DNA of 64,000 bases, taken from contig CAVTBU010000007.1 in assembly GCA_963733035.1 (NCBI GenBank), forward strand, positions 192,001-256,000, given 5' to 3'. The notes beneath the pieces were generated by a model. It ran no database searches, was not told where the DNA came from, and saw only the letters and a list, made by a program, of their open reading frames with translations. This document shows, one piece after another, positions 49,489-59,906 of this stretch. The stretch's first letter is position 1, and every line of letters begins with the position of its first letter. The DNA comes from Pirellulales bacterium (GTDB taxonomy: Bacteria > Planctomycetota > Planctomycetia > Pirellulales > PALSA-1355). Both the position numbers and the translations under genes were made by a program.

Positions 49489-52305
49489 ATGCACGACGAA
49501 TCGTCCAACGCGCAAGACCCGTCCGCGCCCGAGGCAGCATATCGAGAGATCCGGTTTCGCCACTCGCGCGATTTTGCACGCATCCTTGCGGAATCGGGCG
49601 CCTCGCTGCTCGTCTCTACGTACCAGGCGGGCAAACTCGTCGTCGTTGGCACGGGCGAATCGGGTCTGCACCTGTCGATGCACAATTTCCAACAGGCGAT
49701 GGGACTCGCCCTGCACGAGCGCCAACTGGCCGTCGGCAGTCGGGGCGTCGTCTGGTTCTTACAAAATGCTCATGAATTTGCCCCGCGGCTCGACCCGCCG
49801 GGACGTTACGATGCCTGCTATCTGGCTCGACGTTCGTTTATCACGGGCAATATCCACGGCCACGAAATGGCCTGGGTCGGCGACGAATTGTGGCTGGTTA
49901 ACACGCTCTTCTCGTGCCTGTGCACCCTGCACGACGAGTACAGTTTCGTGCCCCGTTGGCAACCGCCATTCATTACGGAATTGGCAGGAAATGATCGCTG
50001 CCATTTGAACGGTCTGGCCCTGGACGGAGGTCGACCGAGGTTCGTCACAGTCATGGCTGCATCGAACGAGCCCGCCGGTTGGCGCCCTCACAAGGCGTCC
50101 GGTGGCTGCATCCTCGACGTCGATACGGGCCAGACGGTTTCGCACGGTCTGGCCATGCCGCACTCGCCACGCGTGCACGCCGGACGACTGTGGGTGCTCA
50201 ACTCCGGTTGCGGCACGCTCGAAGTCGTTGACCCGGCCAACGGACAGCGCCAGGTCGTCGATCGCATGCCGGGCTATACCCGGGGGCTGGCGTTTTGTGG
50301 ACACTTTGCGTTTGTGGGATTGTCGCGGATCCGCGAGACGGCCGTCTTTGGCGGCGTCCCAATTGCCGAGCAGCGCGAAGAATTGAAATGTGCCGTGGTC
50401 GTCCTCGACACGCGATCCGGACGTAGCGTCGCGTACCTCGAGTTTGAAACGGGCGTCGAGGAGATTTTCGACATTCAAGTCGTGCCCGGTGCCCGCTGCG
50501 CGTCGATTACCGGACCTTACCCGGTTGAGGACGATGCGTCCGACGTATGGGTCGTGCCGCCACCGGGCCAAGCGCTTCCCTTGAGGCCGCTCGCCGCGGC
50601 GGCCGGACGCGGCGATTCGAGCGTGTCCCAGTTCACCGATGACGACGTGACGGAAGTCGTCCGTTCCGGCCTGCACTTGCAAGAACAGGGGCACTTTGCC
50701 CACGCTGTCGAAGCTTTGCTGAATGCCGTGGCAGCTCGGCCGAACTCGCCACATCTGCACAACCATTTGGGTAATGCCTATCAGGATCTCGGACGACAGG
50801 ATTTGGCCGAGCAGTCCTACCGGCAGGCAATCGCCGTCGATGAAAAGTTTGCGCCGGCGCATCAAAACCTCGGTTATTTGCTGATCAATTTTGGCCGGTT
50901 GGACGAAGGGCTCGAACACCTGCAGCAGGCCCAGTCTCTTCAACCCGCGGACGTAAACCGCGTGATGCTGGCCACGGCGCTACCAATCGTTTATGAATCG
51001 GCGGACGACGTGGCTCGCCGTCGCGAGCATTTGGTGGGCAGCGTCGATCAGCTCGTGACCGATCGGGTGACAATCGACGCCAGCAACACGACGGTTCCCA
51101 CCAACTTCTTCTCAGCCTACGCCGGCTACGACGACTGCGACGTGCAGCGAAAGCTGGCCCGACTATTTCGCGTACCGCAGCCGGTCGCGCCGGGAAGGCG
51201 CTGGTCGAGCGGCAAGATTCACGTCGGCTTTCTATCTTCGCACTTCCACGACCACACGATTGGCCGGCTCAACCTCGGTCGGGTGAAACTGCTCGACCGC
51301 GACAAATTCCATGTGACGGTGATCGTGCTGGGCCATCATCGCGACTCGATGGCCGAGGAGTTTCGCCGCGTCGCCGACCGCCTGGTCGAGCCCTCGGGAC
51401 CGCTGGCGGCCATGCGCACGCAAATCGCCGAGTTGAACCTCGACGTATTGCTTTTCACCGATATCGGCATGAACACGACCACCTATAGTTTGGCGATGTC
51501 GCGGTTGGCCCCGGTGCAGTGCGTCACATGGGGGCATCCGGTGACTACTGGCTATCAGTCGCTGGACTATTTCATTTCCAGCGACTTGTTGGAAACTCGC
51601 GATGCGGAGATCCACTACTCCGAACGGCTCATTCGCCTGGCCAACCTCGGCACCTACTACTATCGGCCGCGGGCAGCCGGGGCCAGGTCGCGCGCCGATT
51701 GGGGGCTCGATCCCGAGCGGCACCTGTACTTCTGCGCACAAACCTTGTTCAAAATGCACCCGGATTTTGACGAGGTGCTGGCCGGTATCCTCCGCGGCGA
51801 CCCGGCGGGCGACCTGGTGCTGATCGAAGGCCGCCAACCGACCTGGACCCGCCTATTGCGTGGGCGATTTGAACGGGTGATGCCGGACGTTGCGCAGCGG
51901 ATCATCTTTTTGCCGCCGCAACCGAACGCCGATTTTCTCGATTTGAATGCCTCGGCCGACGTGCTGGTCGACACGCTGCATTTCGGTGGCGGCAACACAA
52001 GCTACGAGGGCCTGGCGGTCGGCACGCCAATTGTCACGCTGCCCGGCAAGTTCATGCGGGGTCGCATTACGCAAGCCCTGTATCGCAAGATGGGCTTGAC
52101 AGATTGTGTCGTTGAATCGCCTCAGCAATATGTGGATCTGGCAATACGTTTGGGAGTGGACGCCGACTATCGCCAGGCGATGAGCCGTCGCATTCTGGAT
52201 CGCTGCGGTGTGCTCTTCGAAGATCCGGACGAAGTCCGCGAGCTCGAACGGTTCTTTACCTGGGCGGCCCAGGGCGGATCGGGCACTTGGCAGCCCGCGC
52301 CCTAG
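49489..52305 (+). CDS. TIGR03032 (DUF4915) domain + TPR + GT41 (OGT/SPINDLY/HMW1C-like) glycosyltransferase fusion
   Basis: N-terminal STYQAGK, TGNIHGHE, VNTLFSCL, DRCHLNG, MPHSPR; about 3 TPRs; C-terminal GFLSSHFHDHTIG, RLAPVQ..WGHPVTTG, LFKMHP, LVDT..FGGGNTSYE. Confidence 0.92.
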   Translation: MHDESSNAQDPSAPEAAYREIRFRHSRDFARILAESGASLLVSTYQAGKLVVVGTGESGLHLSMHNFQQAMGLALHERQLAVGSRGVVWFLQNAHEFAPRLDPPGRYDACYLARRSFITGNIHGHEMAWVGDELWLVNTLFSCLCTLHDEYSFVPRWQPPFITELAGNDRCHLNGLALDGGRPRFVTVMAASNEPAGWRPHKASGGCILDVDTGQTVSHGLAMPHSPRVHAGRLWVLNSGCGTLEVVDPANGQRQVVDRMPGYTRGLAFCGHFAFVGLSRIRETAVFGGVPIAEQREELKCAVVVLDTRSGRSVAYLEFETGVEEIFDIQVVPGARCASITGPYPVEDDASDVWVVPPPGQALPLRPLAAAAGRGDSSVSQFTDDDVTEVVRSGLHLQEQGHFAHAVEALLNAVAARPNSPHLHNHLGNAYQDLGRQDLAEQSYRQAIAVDEKFAPAHQNLGYLLINFGRLDEGLEHLQQAQSLQPADVNRVMLATALPIVYESADDVARRREHLVGSVDQLVTDRVTIDASNTTVPTNFFSAYAGYDDCDVQRKLARLFRVPQPVAPGRRWSSGKIHVGFLSSHFHDHTIGRLNLGRVKLLDRDKFHVTVIVLGHHRDSMAEEFRRVADRLVEPSGPLAAMRTQIAELNLDVLLFTDIGMNTTTYSLAMSRLAPVQCVTWGHPVTTGYQSLDYFISSDLLETRDAEIHYSERLIRLANLGTYYYRPRAAGARSRADWGLDPERHLYFCAQTLFKMHPDFDEVLAGILRGDPAGDLVLIEGRQPTWTRLLRGRFERVMPDVAQRIIFLPPQPNADFLDLNASADVLVDTLHFGGGNTSYEGLAVGTPIVTLPGKFMRGRITQALYRKMGLTDCVVESPQQYVDLAIRLGVDADYRQAMSRRILDRCGVLFEDPDEVRELERFFTWAAQGGSGTWQPAP

Positions 52306-52482
52306 CGGCCAGTTGAAAAACTCAACGGGCTGCGTCATCGCATGGACGCGATGACGGAATAGGCGACATAAGTCGTAATTTCACGAGCGGTGCCGAGCTT
52401 GGCTCCGCATTTCGCGAGGTTGAGAAATGCCACGAAGGCATTTCTCAACAGACTGCTAGACCGCGGAAATATCGGCTGGCGA

Positions 52483-53266
52483 CTACTGTCCTGTCACGGC
52501 TCCGGCAACGGGCGAAACGGCCGGTTGGCCGGCCAGCGAAGGGAGGGTTTCGATTTGCAGCAGCACCTGCCGGCTTTCGGCCAGGTGTTTTTCGGCGCTC
52601 GCCGCCGCCGCCGCGATCACCGCCGCAAAATCTTCCGATGCTTGCCCCGCGAAGACGTTCAGCATGGCCAGCATCTGCAACTGGTTCAGCAGGTCCGCGC
52701 AGGAAGTGACGATCGAACTGTTCGCCCGACTGGTTGGCGAGTTGCTTGTTGATCGCGGCGGTGTATTGTTGCAGGATCTCGACGCGAATCCGCACGATCA
52801 TGGCCGTTGCATTGCGACTGAGCGCCAGCGGCCGGAACCGTGCGATGCGCGGTTTCTCGACTTTTGCATCGCGCTCGATTTCGTCGACGGCTTGCTCGAT
52901 GGCTTCGCAGCAACGGCCTCCCGTCAGTGTTTCCAGCGTCTTTAAAAAATCTCGCTGGGTTTCCAGCCGTTCGGTCAGGAGCCGCTTGAGGGCTTCGCTT
53001 TGAATCGACGGCAAAGCCGCTTCCCCGGACGCGATCTGCCCCCAGGTATCGACGGCCAGGCTGAGCGCCAGCTTCTGGTCGACAACGTTCAGGTGCACGT
53101 CGTTGAGCGACGCCGGTTCAAACGGCCGAGCGTCGGTCGTGGTTGGGGGCGGCTCCAGTGGTCCTCGCAGCTGTTCGGTCGCGTCGATCGTTTGCGCCAC
53201 ACAGAGACTGAACGGAAGAAATGCCGTCATGCCAAGCGCAGCGCGGATGGTGGGGAGACAGCGCAT
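52483..53266 (-). CDS. Exported DUF4142-like (ferritin-like helical) protein, frameshifted near 52697
   Basis: GGAGG RBS, ATG 53266, signal peptide; ..SGEQFDRHFLR continues as DLLNQLQMLAML..AS..EKHLAES in ORF 52483..52680. Confidence 0.7.
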
Positions 53267-53347
53267 GGGAAAGTGCCTCCAATCGAATGTTCCGTAGAGA
53301 TGATCTTGCGTCACCTGACTCCGGGGCGGGATGCCGCGGAGAGTAGA

Positions 53348-53363
53348 TGCACATTAAGTGCCA
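53348..53363 (-). promoter_or_regulatory. Sigma54 (-24/-12) promoter
   Basis: Minus strand TGGCAC-TTAAT-GTGCA with exact GG-N10-GC spacing, about 80 nt upstream of the ATG at 53266. Confidence 0.6.
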
Positions 53364-53635
53364 ACGTCACGCATTCTTCGAGATGTGCCTGTTTGCGTGA
53401 ACGTACGGCCTACTTCAAGTGTACACGATTTGACGCCGAAAACGTTGCAGCGGTCACACAATTTGCCAAACCAGTCCGTGACGGATTTCACAATCTGGTC
53501 GAACCGTTCGGTAGCTGGTGCTAGAACATCCCGCCCGTTTCCTTGCGAATCAAATGACACAGAACCTAATCGCTATGTCAACCGGAACAGCAGGCGAGCC
53601 TGCACGGAAGGATTTGCCCGACTGCGGCAGCCAAG

Positions 53636-54337
53636 TCACAGGTGGCTGCACTTGGCGCGAAATCGCCGGCTGGCGCCGCTCTTAATTGGCTTGCCGTGAC
53701 CAAACACCGCGACGGCAAACTCCTCCCGAGCGAGCCTGGCGAGACTTTGGCGGCCGTGGGCCAGGTCTTCATAGGCGGGGCTCATTGCGAGACCAAGAAA
53801 GTTCGCGCAGCTGTCGGCGGCAAAAAGCACGCCCCCGTGATGGGGCCAGTGCCAGGCGAATTGTCCCGCACAATGGCCAGGGACATGAATCGCTCGCAAT
53901 CCGCCTGTGCGGGCGAGTGTCTCCCCGTTTGCCACCTCATGCTCGACTTCCGCCGGTTCGATGGCGGTTCGGGCTTGGCGCATGATCATGCGGTAGACCA
54001 GGCCATTGAGCAGTCCCGGACCGGCCACAAGGGGGCGGAGCGAAACTCCTTTGCGCGTCAGTTCGGCATCCAGGGAGTGCATGTAGGTGGTTGCCCCGGT
54101 GAGCCGTTTCAATTCGGCCAGACTGCCGGCATGATCCTCGTGGCAGTGCGTGAGCACGATGTGGCTAATGTCGCCCGGCGAGCGGCCGAGGGCGCCGAGT
54201 GCGCTGCAAATCGCCGGAGCACTTCCGGGATAGCCGGTGTCGACGAGGATCAAACTGTCGCCGGTTTCGAGCAGGTGGGCGTTCACCTGGCCGAGTGTCA
54301 GTTCATACAGACCGGGGACAACGGGCTTCAGTTTCAT
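53636..54337 (-). CDS. MBL-fold metallo-hydrolase
   Basis: LVDTG, THCHEDHAG, PGH, AAD, FGHG. Confidence 0.93.
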   Translation of the reverse strand: MKLKPVVPGLYELTLGQVNAHLLETGDSLILVDTGYPGSAPAICSALGALGRSPGDISHIVLTHCHEDHAGSLAELKRLTGATTYMHSLDAELTRKGVSLRPLVAGPGLLNGLVYRMIMRQARTAIEPAEVEHEVANGETLARTGGLRAIHVPGHCAGQFAWHWPHHGGVLFAADSCANFLGLAMSPAYEDLAHGRQSLARLAREEFAVAVFGHGKPIKSGASRRFRAKCSHL

Positions 54338-54506
54338 GGCGACCAGCCACGTTTGAGACAAGGGAGCAAGTACGCGGGGCGGAATTATACCGTGTGGTTT
54401 CGCCCGCTTGCGAGCAGATCATTCTCATCGTTGAAGGCGGCCCGCCGGGGTGGAGTCCGCGTTTGAGGACCTGGGGCCAACCGCCGGCGGCTGATAATAT
54501 GGTGAC

Positions 54507-56325
54507 ATGGCAACTTCGCACTACGAATTTGATGTCCTGGTGATCGGCGCGGGGCACGCTGGCACCGAGGCGGCCCTGGCCTCCGCGCGGATGGGTGCGC
54601 GCACGGCGTTGCTAACGACCAATTGCGATACCGTGGGACAGATGAGTTGCAACCCGGCCATTGGCGGCGTGGCCAAGGGGCACATCGTGCGTGAGATCGA
54701 CGCCCTCGGCGGCGCGATGGGCCGCGCGATTGACGCCACGGGCATTCAGTTCCGCATGCTCAATCGCCGCAAGGGTCCGGCCATGCACAGCCCTCGCGCA
54801 AGCCGACAAGAAAGCATATCAATTCGAGATCAAGCGAATTGTCGAGGAGCAGCCAGATCTCTCACTGCGGCAAGAAACCGTCGAGGACATTCTTACCGGA
54901 GTGATCGACGGCAAGGCGCGCGTCACGGGAGTTCGGGTTCGCGGCGATGCGATCTATCGGGCCCCGTCAGTGATCCTGACGACCGGCACGTTTCTGCAGG
55001 CCCTAATGCATACGGGCGAAGCCACCACACCCGGCGGCCGTGCCGGAGAGGGCACCACCGCGGGTATCAGCGGAGCGCTAAAGCGATTGGGATTTCGGTT
55101 AGCCCGCTTCAAGACCGGTACGCCGCCGCGCCTGAATGGCCGCACGATCGACTACGACAAAACCGAGTTGCAGCCTGGCGACGACGAACCCAGGCCGTTT
55201 TCCTTTCTCACCGAAGCCATCACCACCGAACAGATTCCCTGCTGGATCACCTATACCAACGAAGCCGCGCATACGCTGATTCGCAAGAATTTGCACCGAG
55301 CTCCGATGTACAGCGGACAAATCCAATCCAGCGGGCCGCGCTACTGCCCATCGATTGAAGACAAGGTAGTGCGGTTTGCGGACAAGGATCGGCATCAATT
55401 GTTCCTTGAACCCGAGGGACGCAACACGCGCGAAGTGTATGTGAACGGTATCTCGACCAGCTTGCCCCGCGACGTGCAAGACGCCGTGATTCGCCTCGTG
55501 CCCGGGCTGGAACGGGCAGAGGTCATGCGCTATGGCTACGCCGTGGAGTATGACTATGCTCCGCCCGAACAATTGCGTCCGTCGCTGGAAACCAAGTTGG
55601 TTTCCGGGCTGTACTTCGCCGGACAAATTAACGGCACGACCGGTTACGAAGAAGCAGGCGCCCAGGGCCTGATGGCCGGCATCAACGCGGCCCTTGCGGG
55701 GCGTGGGGACGAACCGCTGGTGCTCAACCGCGATCAAGCCTACATCGGCGTGCTCATTGACGACTTGGTGACGCGTGGCGTGGATGAGCCGTATCGGATG
55801 TTCACTAGTCGGGCCGAACATCGCTTGCTGCTACGGCACGACAATGCTGATCGGCGGCTGACGCCCTTGGCACACCAGATTGGTCTGGCCGATGCCGAGC
55901 GTTATCGGCGACTCGAGCAGAAATGCGAACAGATCCAACGCGCGGTGGAACTGCTCGAAACTCGATTTCATGACGGTACGAACCTTGTCAAACGGCTCAA
56001 ACGGCCGGAAATCGGGTGGCATGAGTTGGTGGCCTGCGCGGCGGAACTGGGGTCATTTAGTGGCGAGGTGGCTGAGCAAGTAACGTTCGATGTGAAATAT
56101 GCCGGCTACATCGCCCGTGGACGAGCCGAGATCGCGCGTCAGCAAAAGCTGGCCGACCGTCGGATTCCCGATTCGTTCGATTTCACGACGATCCGTCATC
56201 TGAGAGCTGAAGCGAGAGAGAAGCTCACCCGTGTGCGGCCGTCAAACTTAGCCCAGGCGAGCCGTATTAGCGGCATCACGCCGGCCGATATGGCGCTGCT
56301 GGCCGTGTATCTGGAAGGCCGCTGA
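54507..56325 (+). CDS. mnmG: tRNA U34 5-carboxymethylaminomethyl modification enzyme MnmG, frameshifted near 54797
   Basis: [28 protein letters not shown] in ORF 54507; [50 protein letters not shown] in ORF 54661..56325; 2 nt missing from CGCGCG restore PRAQAD. Confidence 0.96.
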
Positions 56326-56631
56326 TCAATCCGCCTTTTCGCCTGTGGAGCGTTTATGGCGGACGTTCGCTGAAACCTGTTGCGTGAACATCTGGTCACT
56401 ACGGTTTCGCCTGTGACGAGACAGTTCTGGTCGCGTGGCTGGTGCCCGGCTTCTTGTACGGCCTTAAGTTGTAAGAACGCTAGGTGTTACGCGACCAAGG
56501 CAAGTCGGGAGACTAAAGGGGCAATCGTGCTTTAGGTGACTTGCAAAGGGAGGGTCAAAGGTTTTTGACGAGAAACCGATGTGTTTTCGTAAGTCATTGT
56601 TTTCAAAGTAATTGCGACGCAAACATCGATA

Positions 56632-56659
56632 TTGACTCGGCCTTCACTGGGGCTATAAT
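56632..56659 (+). promoter_or_regulatory. Sigma70-type promoter for the response regulator, implying a ~230-nt leader
   Basis: TTGACT-N16-TATAAT; AT-rich upstream region with a one-mismatch IHF-like site (minus strand AAACAATGACTTA, about 56590-56602). Confidence 0.65.
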
Positions 56660-56893
56660 AGGGCCCGATGGCAAATTCGGTAATTTTGGCAGGAACCGTA
56701 CAAACGCACTGCTGACTTAAGAGTAACCGACTGGTCAAACATTAGGGACGCAGCAAGCTAAAAGGCTAGGTTCCGTCTAGCGTGACATGGAGGACTAGGA
56801 GCTTCCGGTGGTTTCTTTTTGTCAAGACACCATTTCGGGAGTCCCGCTTAGACTAGCCTTACCATCGGCTAGGGAGAGGGGTGGTTAGCAACT

Positions 56894-57475
56894 ATGAAAA
56901 CTGTGTTCACCACAGGCGAAGCCGCGAAGATCTGCAAAGTCAGCCAACAGACCATCATTCGCTGCTTCGATTCCGGTCAGTTGAAAGGATTCCGTGTTCC
57001 CGGCAGTCGATTCCGCCGTATTCCGCGCGAACAGCTCTATGCGTTCATGCGGGACAACGGCATTCCGACGGACGCCTTGGAAAGTGGCAAGCGAAAGGTG
57101 CTGATCGTCGACGACGACCAGGAATTGGTCGAGCTGATCGTCGACGTGCTCGAGAAGGACGGTCGCTTCGAAATCCGCTCGGTCAACAACGGCTTTGACG
57201 CCGGCATGATGGTCAAGGAATATCACCCCGACCTGATCGTGCTCGACGTCATGCTGCCGGACATTAACGGCAAGGAAGTCTGCCAGCGCGTCCGTAGCGA
57301 CAAGACGATGGACGACGTGCGGATAATCTGCATCTCGGGTATGGTCGAGGAAGACAAGATCGAAGATCTGAAGGCTTCCGGAGCCAATGACTTTTTGCAC
57401 AAGCCGTTCGAAGTGGAAACGTTGATCGAGCGGATGTGCAACTTGCTCGATATCGAGACGGTCACGTCGCGCTAG
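56894..57475 (+). CDS. Response regulator with N-terminal excisionase/MerR-like HTH and C-terminal receiver
   Basis: FTTGEAAKICKVSQQTIIR..G..RRIP; VLIVDDD, LIVLDVMLPD, ICISG, FLHKP. Confidence 0.95.
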   Translation: MKTVFTTGEAAKICKVSQQTIIRCFDSGQLKGFRVPGSRFRRIPREQLYAFMRDNGIPTDALESGKRKVLIVDDDQELVELIVDVLEKDGRFEIRSVNNGFDAGMMVKEYHPDLIVLDVMLPDINGKEVCQRVRSDKTMDDVRIICISGMVEEDKIEDLKASGANDFLHKPFEVETLIERMCNLLDIETVTSR

Positions 57476-57610
57476 ACAGAGTCCGGGTTGCGGTTGGTTC
57501 GGATGCGGCCGAAAGTCAGCGGTGGCGAATTGCGTGGGACCTGTCGGCGCGGCGGTCATGCCGCGTAGGGCCGAAGCAATTCGCCAGCGTCGGAATCACG
57601 AGCGCGCACC

Positions 57611-59043
57611 ATGCAAACGCTTCCTAGTCTGGTTACGCCACACGGCGAATTTCGTTTGCCGTTGGCGGATGCCACGGCGGAGCGATTGGCCGACGCACTC
57701 CTGTGCACCGAAGCTGTTCGGCGGCGCGAGCTATTTCGTGCCGCCGTGGCAGGCGATCCGGCGCTTGCGGTTTGGGCTCTGGTCCAAGCGCAGCAGCAGG
57801 GTGACATTGATTTGACGACTTGCGAGTCGCTGGCTGGCTGGCTGGAATCGCGGCCGGCGGAATTCTTTTTGCCCAACGACAGTGGCTCAAGTGAGGAATC
57901 CGCGTTTGCCGAATTCGCTGAACCGGCCGGGTGCTCGCTGGCGGTTGCTGAATTAGCCGAACTGTTTGCTCGGCACGTGGGGGCAGACTACCAGCATGCG
58001 TATTGCCTGGGTCTGGTGCATCTTGGCTCTGCCTGGTTGGCGGAGTCGGTCGTTGGCGACGAACCGCCTCGGCGGACCGGCGCGGCATTGCCGCCGTGGC
58101 TAATGACCGCGGTCGAGCAATTGTTGCTTCCGACCACCGACCCTTTGTCGGTCAACCACTGCGTGGTGCAGGCAAAAGATCTCGTCTGTTCGGAAGTGAT
58201 CGACGAGTGGCGAGCGATGGGCTGTGACGCGCGCACGTGGATTGGCCGTTGGGCCGTGCTTGGCGAAGCCTGGGGTCGTAGCGGCAATTGGGGGCGGCGT
58301 CTAGTTGCGATCATCCAAAAGCTAACAACGCTTGAACGCCTGCAAGCCGACTTCCTTCGCGCTCTGGAAACGGCCAAACTTGAGGCCATGAAGGAACTCG
58401 CGTACGGCGCCGGGCACGAAATTAACAACCCGCTGGCGAACATTTCGGCCCGGCGCAAACGCTCCTGCAGGATGAAACCGACCTGGAACGCCGACGCACA
58501 TTGGCCGCGATCAACACGCAAGCCTTCCGTGCCCACGAGATGATTGCCGACATGATGTTGTTCGCTCGGCCGCCGCAGCCGCAGCCCGAGCTGTGCGACG
58601 TCGCATCGATCCTGCGCCAACTAGCTGACGAGTTGGCGTCGCAGGCCGCGGATCAGCAGGCAAGTTTTGAGCTGATCTTGCCGGTCGAGGCGGTTTCCGT
58701 CCTCGCCGATCCCACGCAGATTGCCGTGGCGGTCCGTTCGCTCCTGGTTAATTCCCTGGAGGCCATGGTTACCGGCGGCCGCGTTGAAATCGCGCTGCGC
58801 GAGTCAAGTCCGGAAGATCCGTGGGTCCGGATCAGCGTGAGCGACACGGGGCCGGGAATCTCGCTTGACGAAAGACCAAAAATCTTCGATCCATTCTACT
58901 CGGGTCGCGAAGCGGGCCGCGGCCTGGGGTTGGGGCTGTCGAAGTGCTGGCGCATCGTGACCATGCACGGCGGGCGGATCGATGTGGCCGACCGACAAGC
59001 GGGCCCCGGCGTGCAATTTACGATTTCGCTCCCCGCAAACTAA
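57611..59043 (+). CDS. Cytoplasmic histidine kinase with a degenerate HDOD-like N-terminus, frameshifted near 58452
   Basis: DPALAVW, AYCLGLVHLG; H-box GAGHEINNPLANISAR continues as AQTLL.. with NSLEA, DTGPGI, FDPFYS, GLGLGL in ORF 58501..59043; one G is missing. Confidence 0.9.
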
Positions 59044-59248
59044 CCGCCAATTCGCCATGTTGCCAAATCGCAACACGACCCCGGCGCGAAATAGTTGACG
59101 AGTCGGCGGGCGAAACGTTATCAATAATTCCGGCAGCAACAATTGCACCGATGGCGGTGAGAGTCAGGTTGCCGCGCACTCACGAGGAGCTACGTTTGTT
59201 GTGTCGAAGTATCGACGTGGAGTCTACCCGCACCTTGGAGTTTGCACT

Positions 59249-59579
59249 ATGAGATTCGCCGCCGTCTTTGCCCTGCTTGGGTGTCTGGCCTGGGTTGCTC
59301 CCGCCAAGGCCCAGGAAGTCATCACCTATTACGCTCCAAGCGTTCCGGTGACCACCTATTACGCCCCGAGCGTTGCGACGCCGGTCACCACGTATTACGC
59401 CCCGAGCGTCCCGGTGACGACCTACTACGCTCCGGCCGTCGCCACGCCGGTAACCACCTATTACGCTCCGAGCGTACCGGTCACGACGTACTACTCGCCC
59501 TCGGTGGCCTACTACCCGTCGTACTACTACGTGCCGCCGCGCGTCGCGCCGTTGGTATCGCGCTGGGTATTGGTGGTAG
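59249..59579 (+). CDS. Secreted (VTTYYAP)-repeat protein 1; probable frameshift near 59537 (uncorrected frame ends at 59662)
   Basis: GGAG RBS, signal peptide ..APAKA-Q; six TYY[AS]P units; the +1 frame gives the plausible tail RASRRWYRAGYWW* ending at 59579. Confidence 0.8.
59318..59530 (+). repeat. Coding tandem repeat, alternating 10/12-aa VTTYYAP units
   Basis: VITYYAPSVP-VTTYYAPSVATP-VTTYYAPSVP-VTTYYAPAVATP-VTTYYAPSVP-VTTYYSPSV. Confidence 0.95.
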
Positions 59580-59906
59580 GCGAGCCCGATCGGTTCCGCG
59601 TCGGACGTCGCTTGAATCAAATACGTCGCAGGAATGCTGCCCACGGAGAATGCCTCGCCTGAATTGCACGGGCGCGGTGTTCTCCGTATCTTTTTTCTTT
59701 CGCCGCGCGGCCGCGGCGCTGGCAGCGGTTGATTTGTCGCCTCACGCGGTGGAAGTTTGCGCGGCCCGGGCGTTTTGCATCCGCCCGGGCAAACGCTAGC
59801 AGCACGTATTTCAGCCGTTGGCACGCTGCTTACGCCTAGAAAATAGATCGCAAACTTGTATTGGCCCGCGCCACGGCTAGGATGGGGTTAGAAGGAGACC
59901 CATACC

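Noticed and set aside
59819..59835. Sigma54 promoter TGGCACGCTGCTTAC before repeat protein 2
   Set aside because: The -12 element reads TTAC rather than TTGC, so the near-invariant GC is missing.
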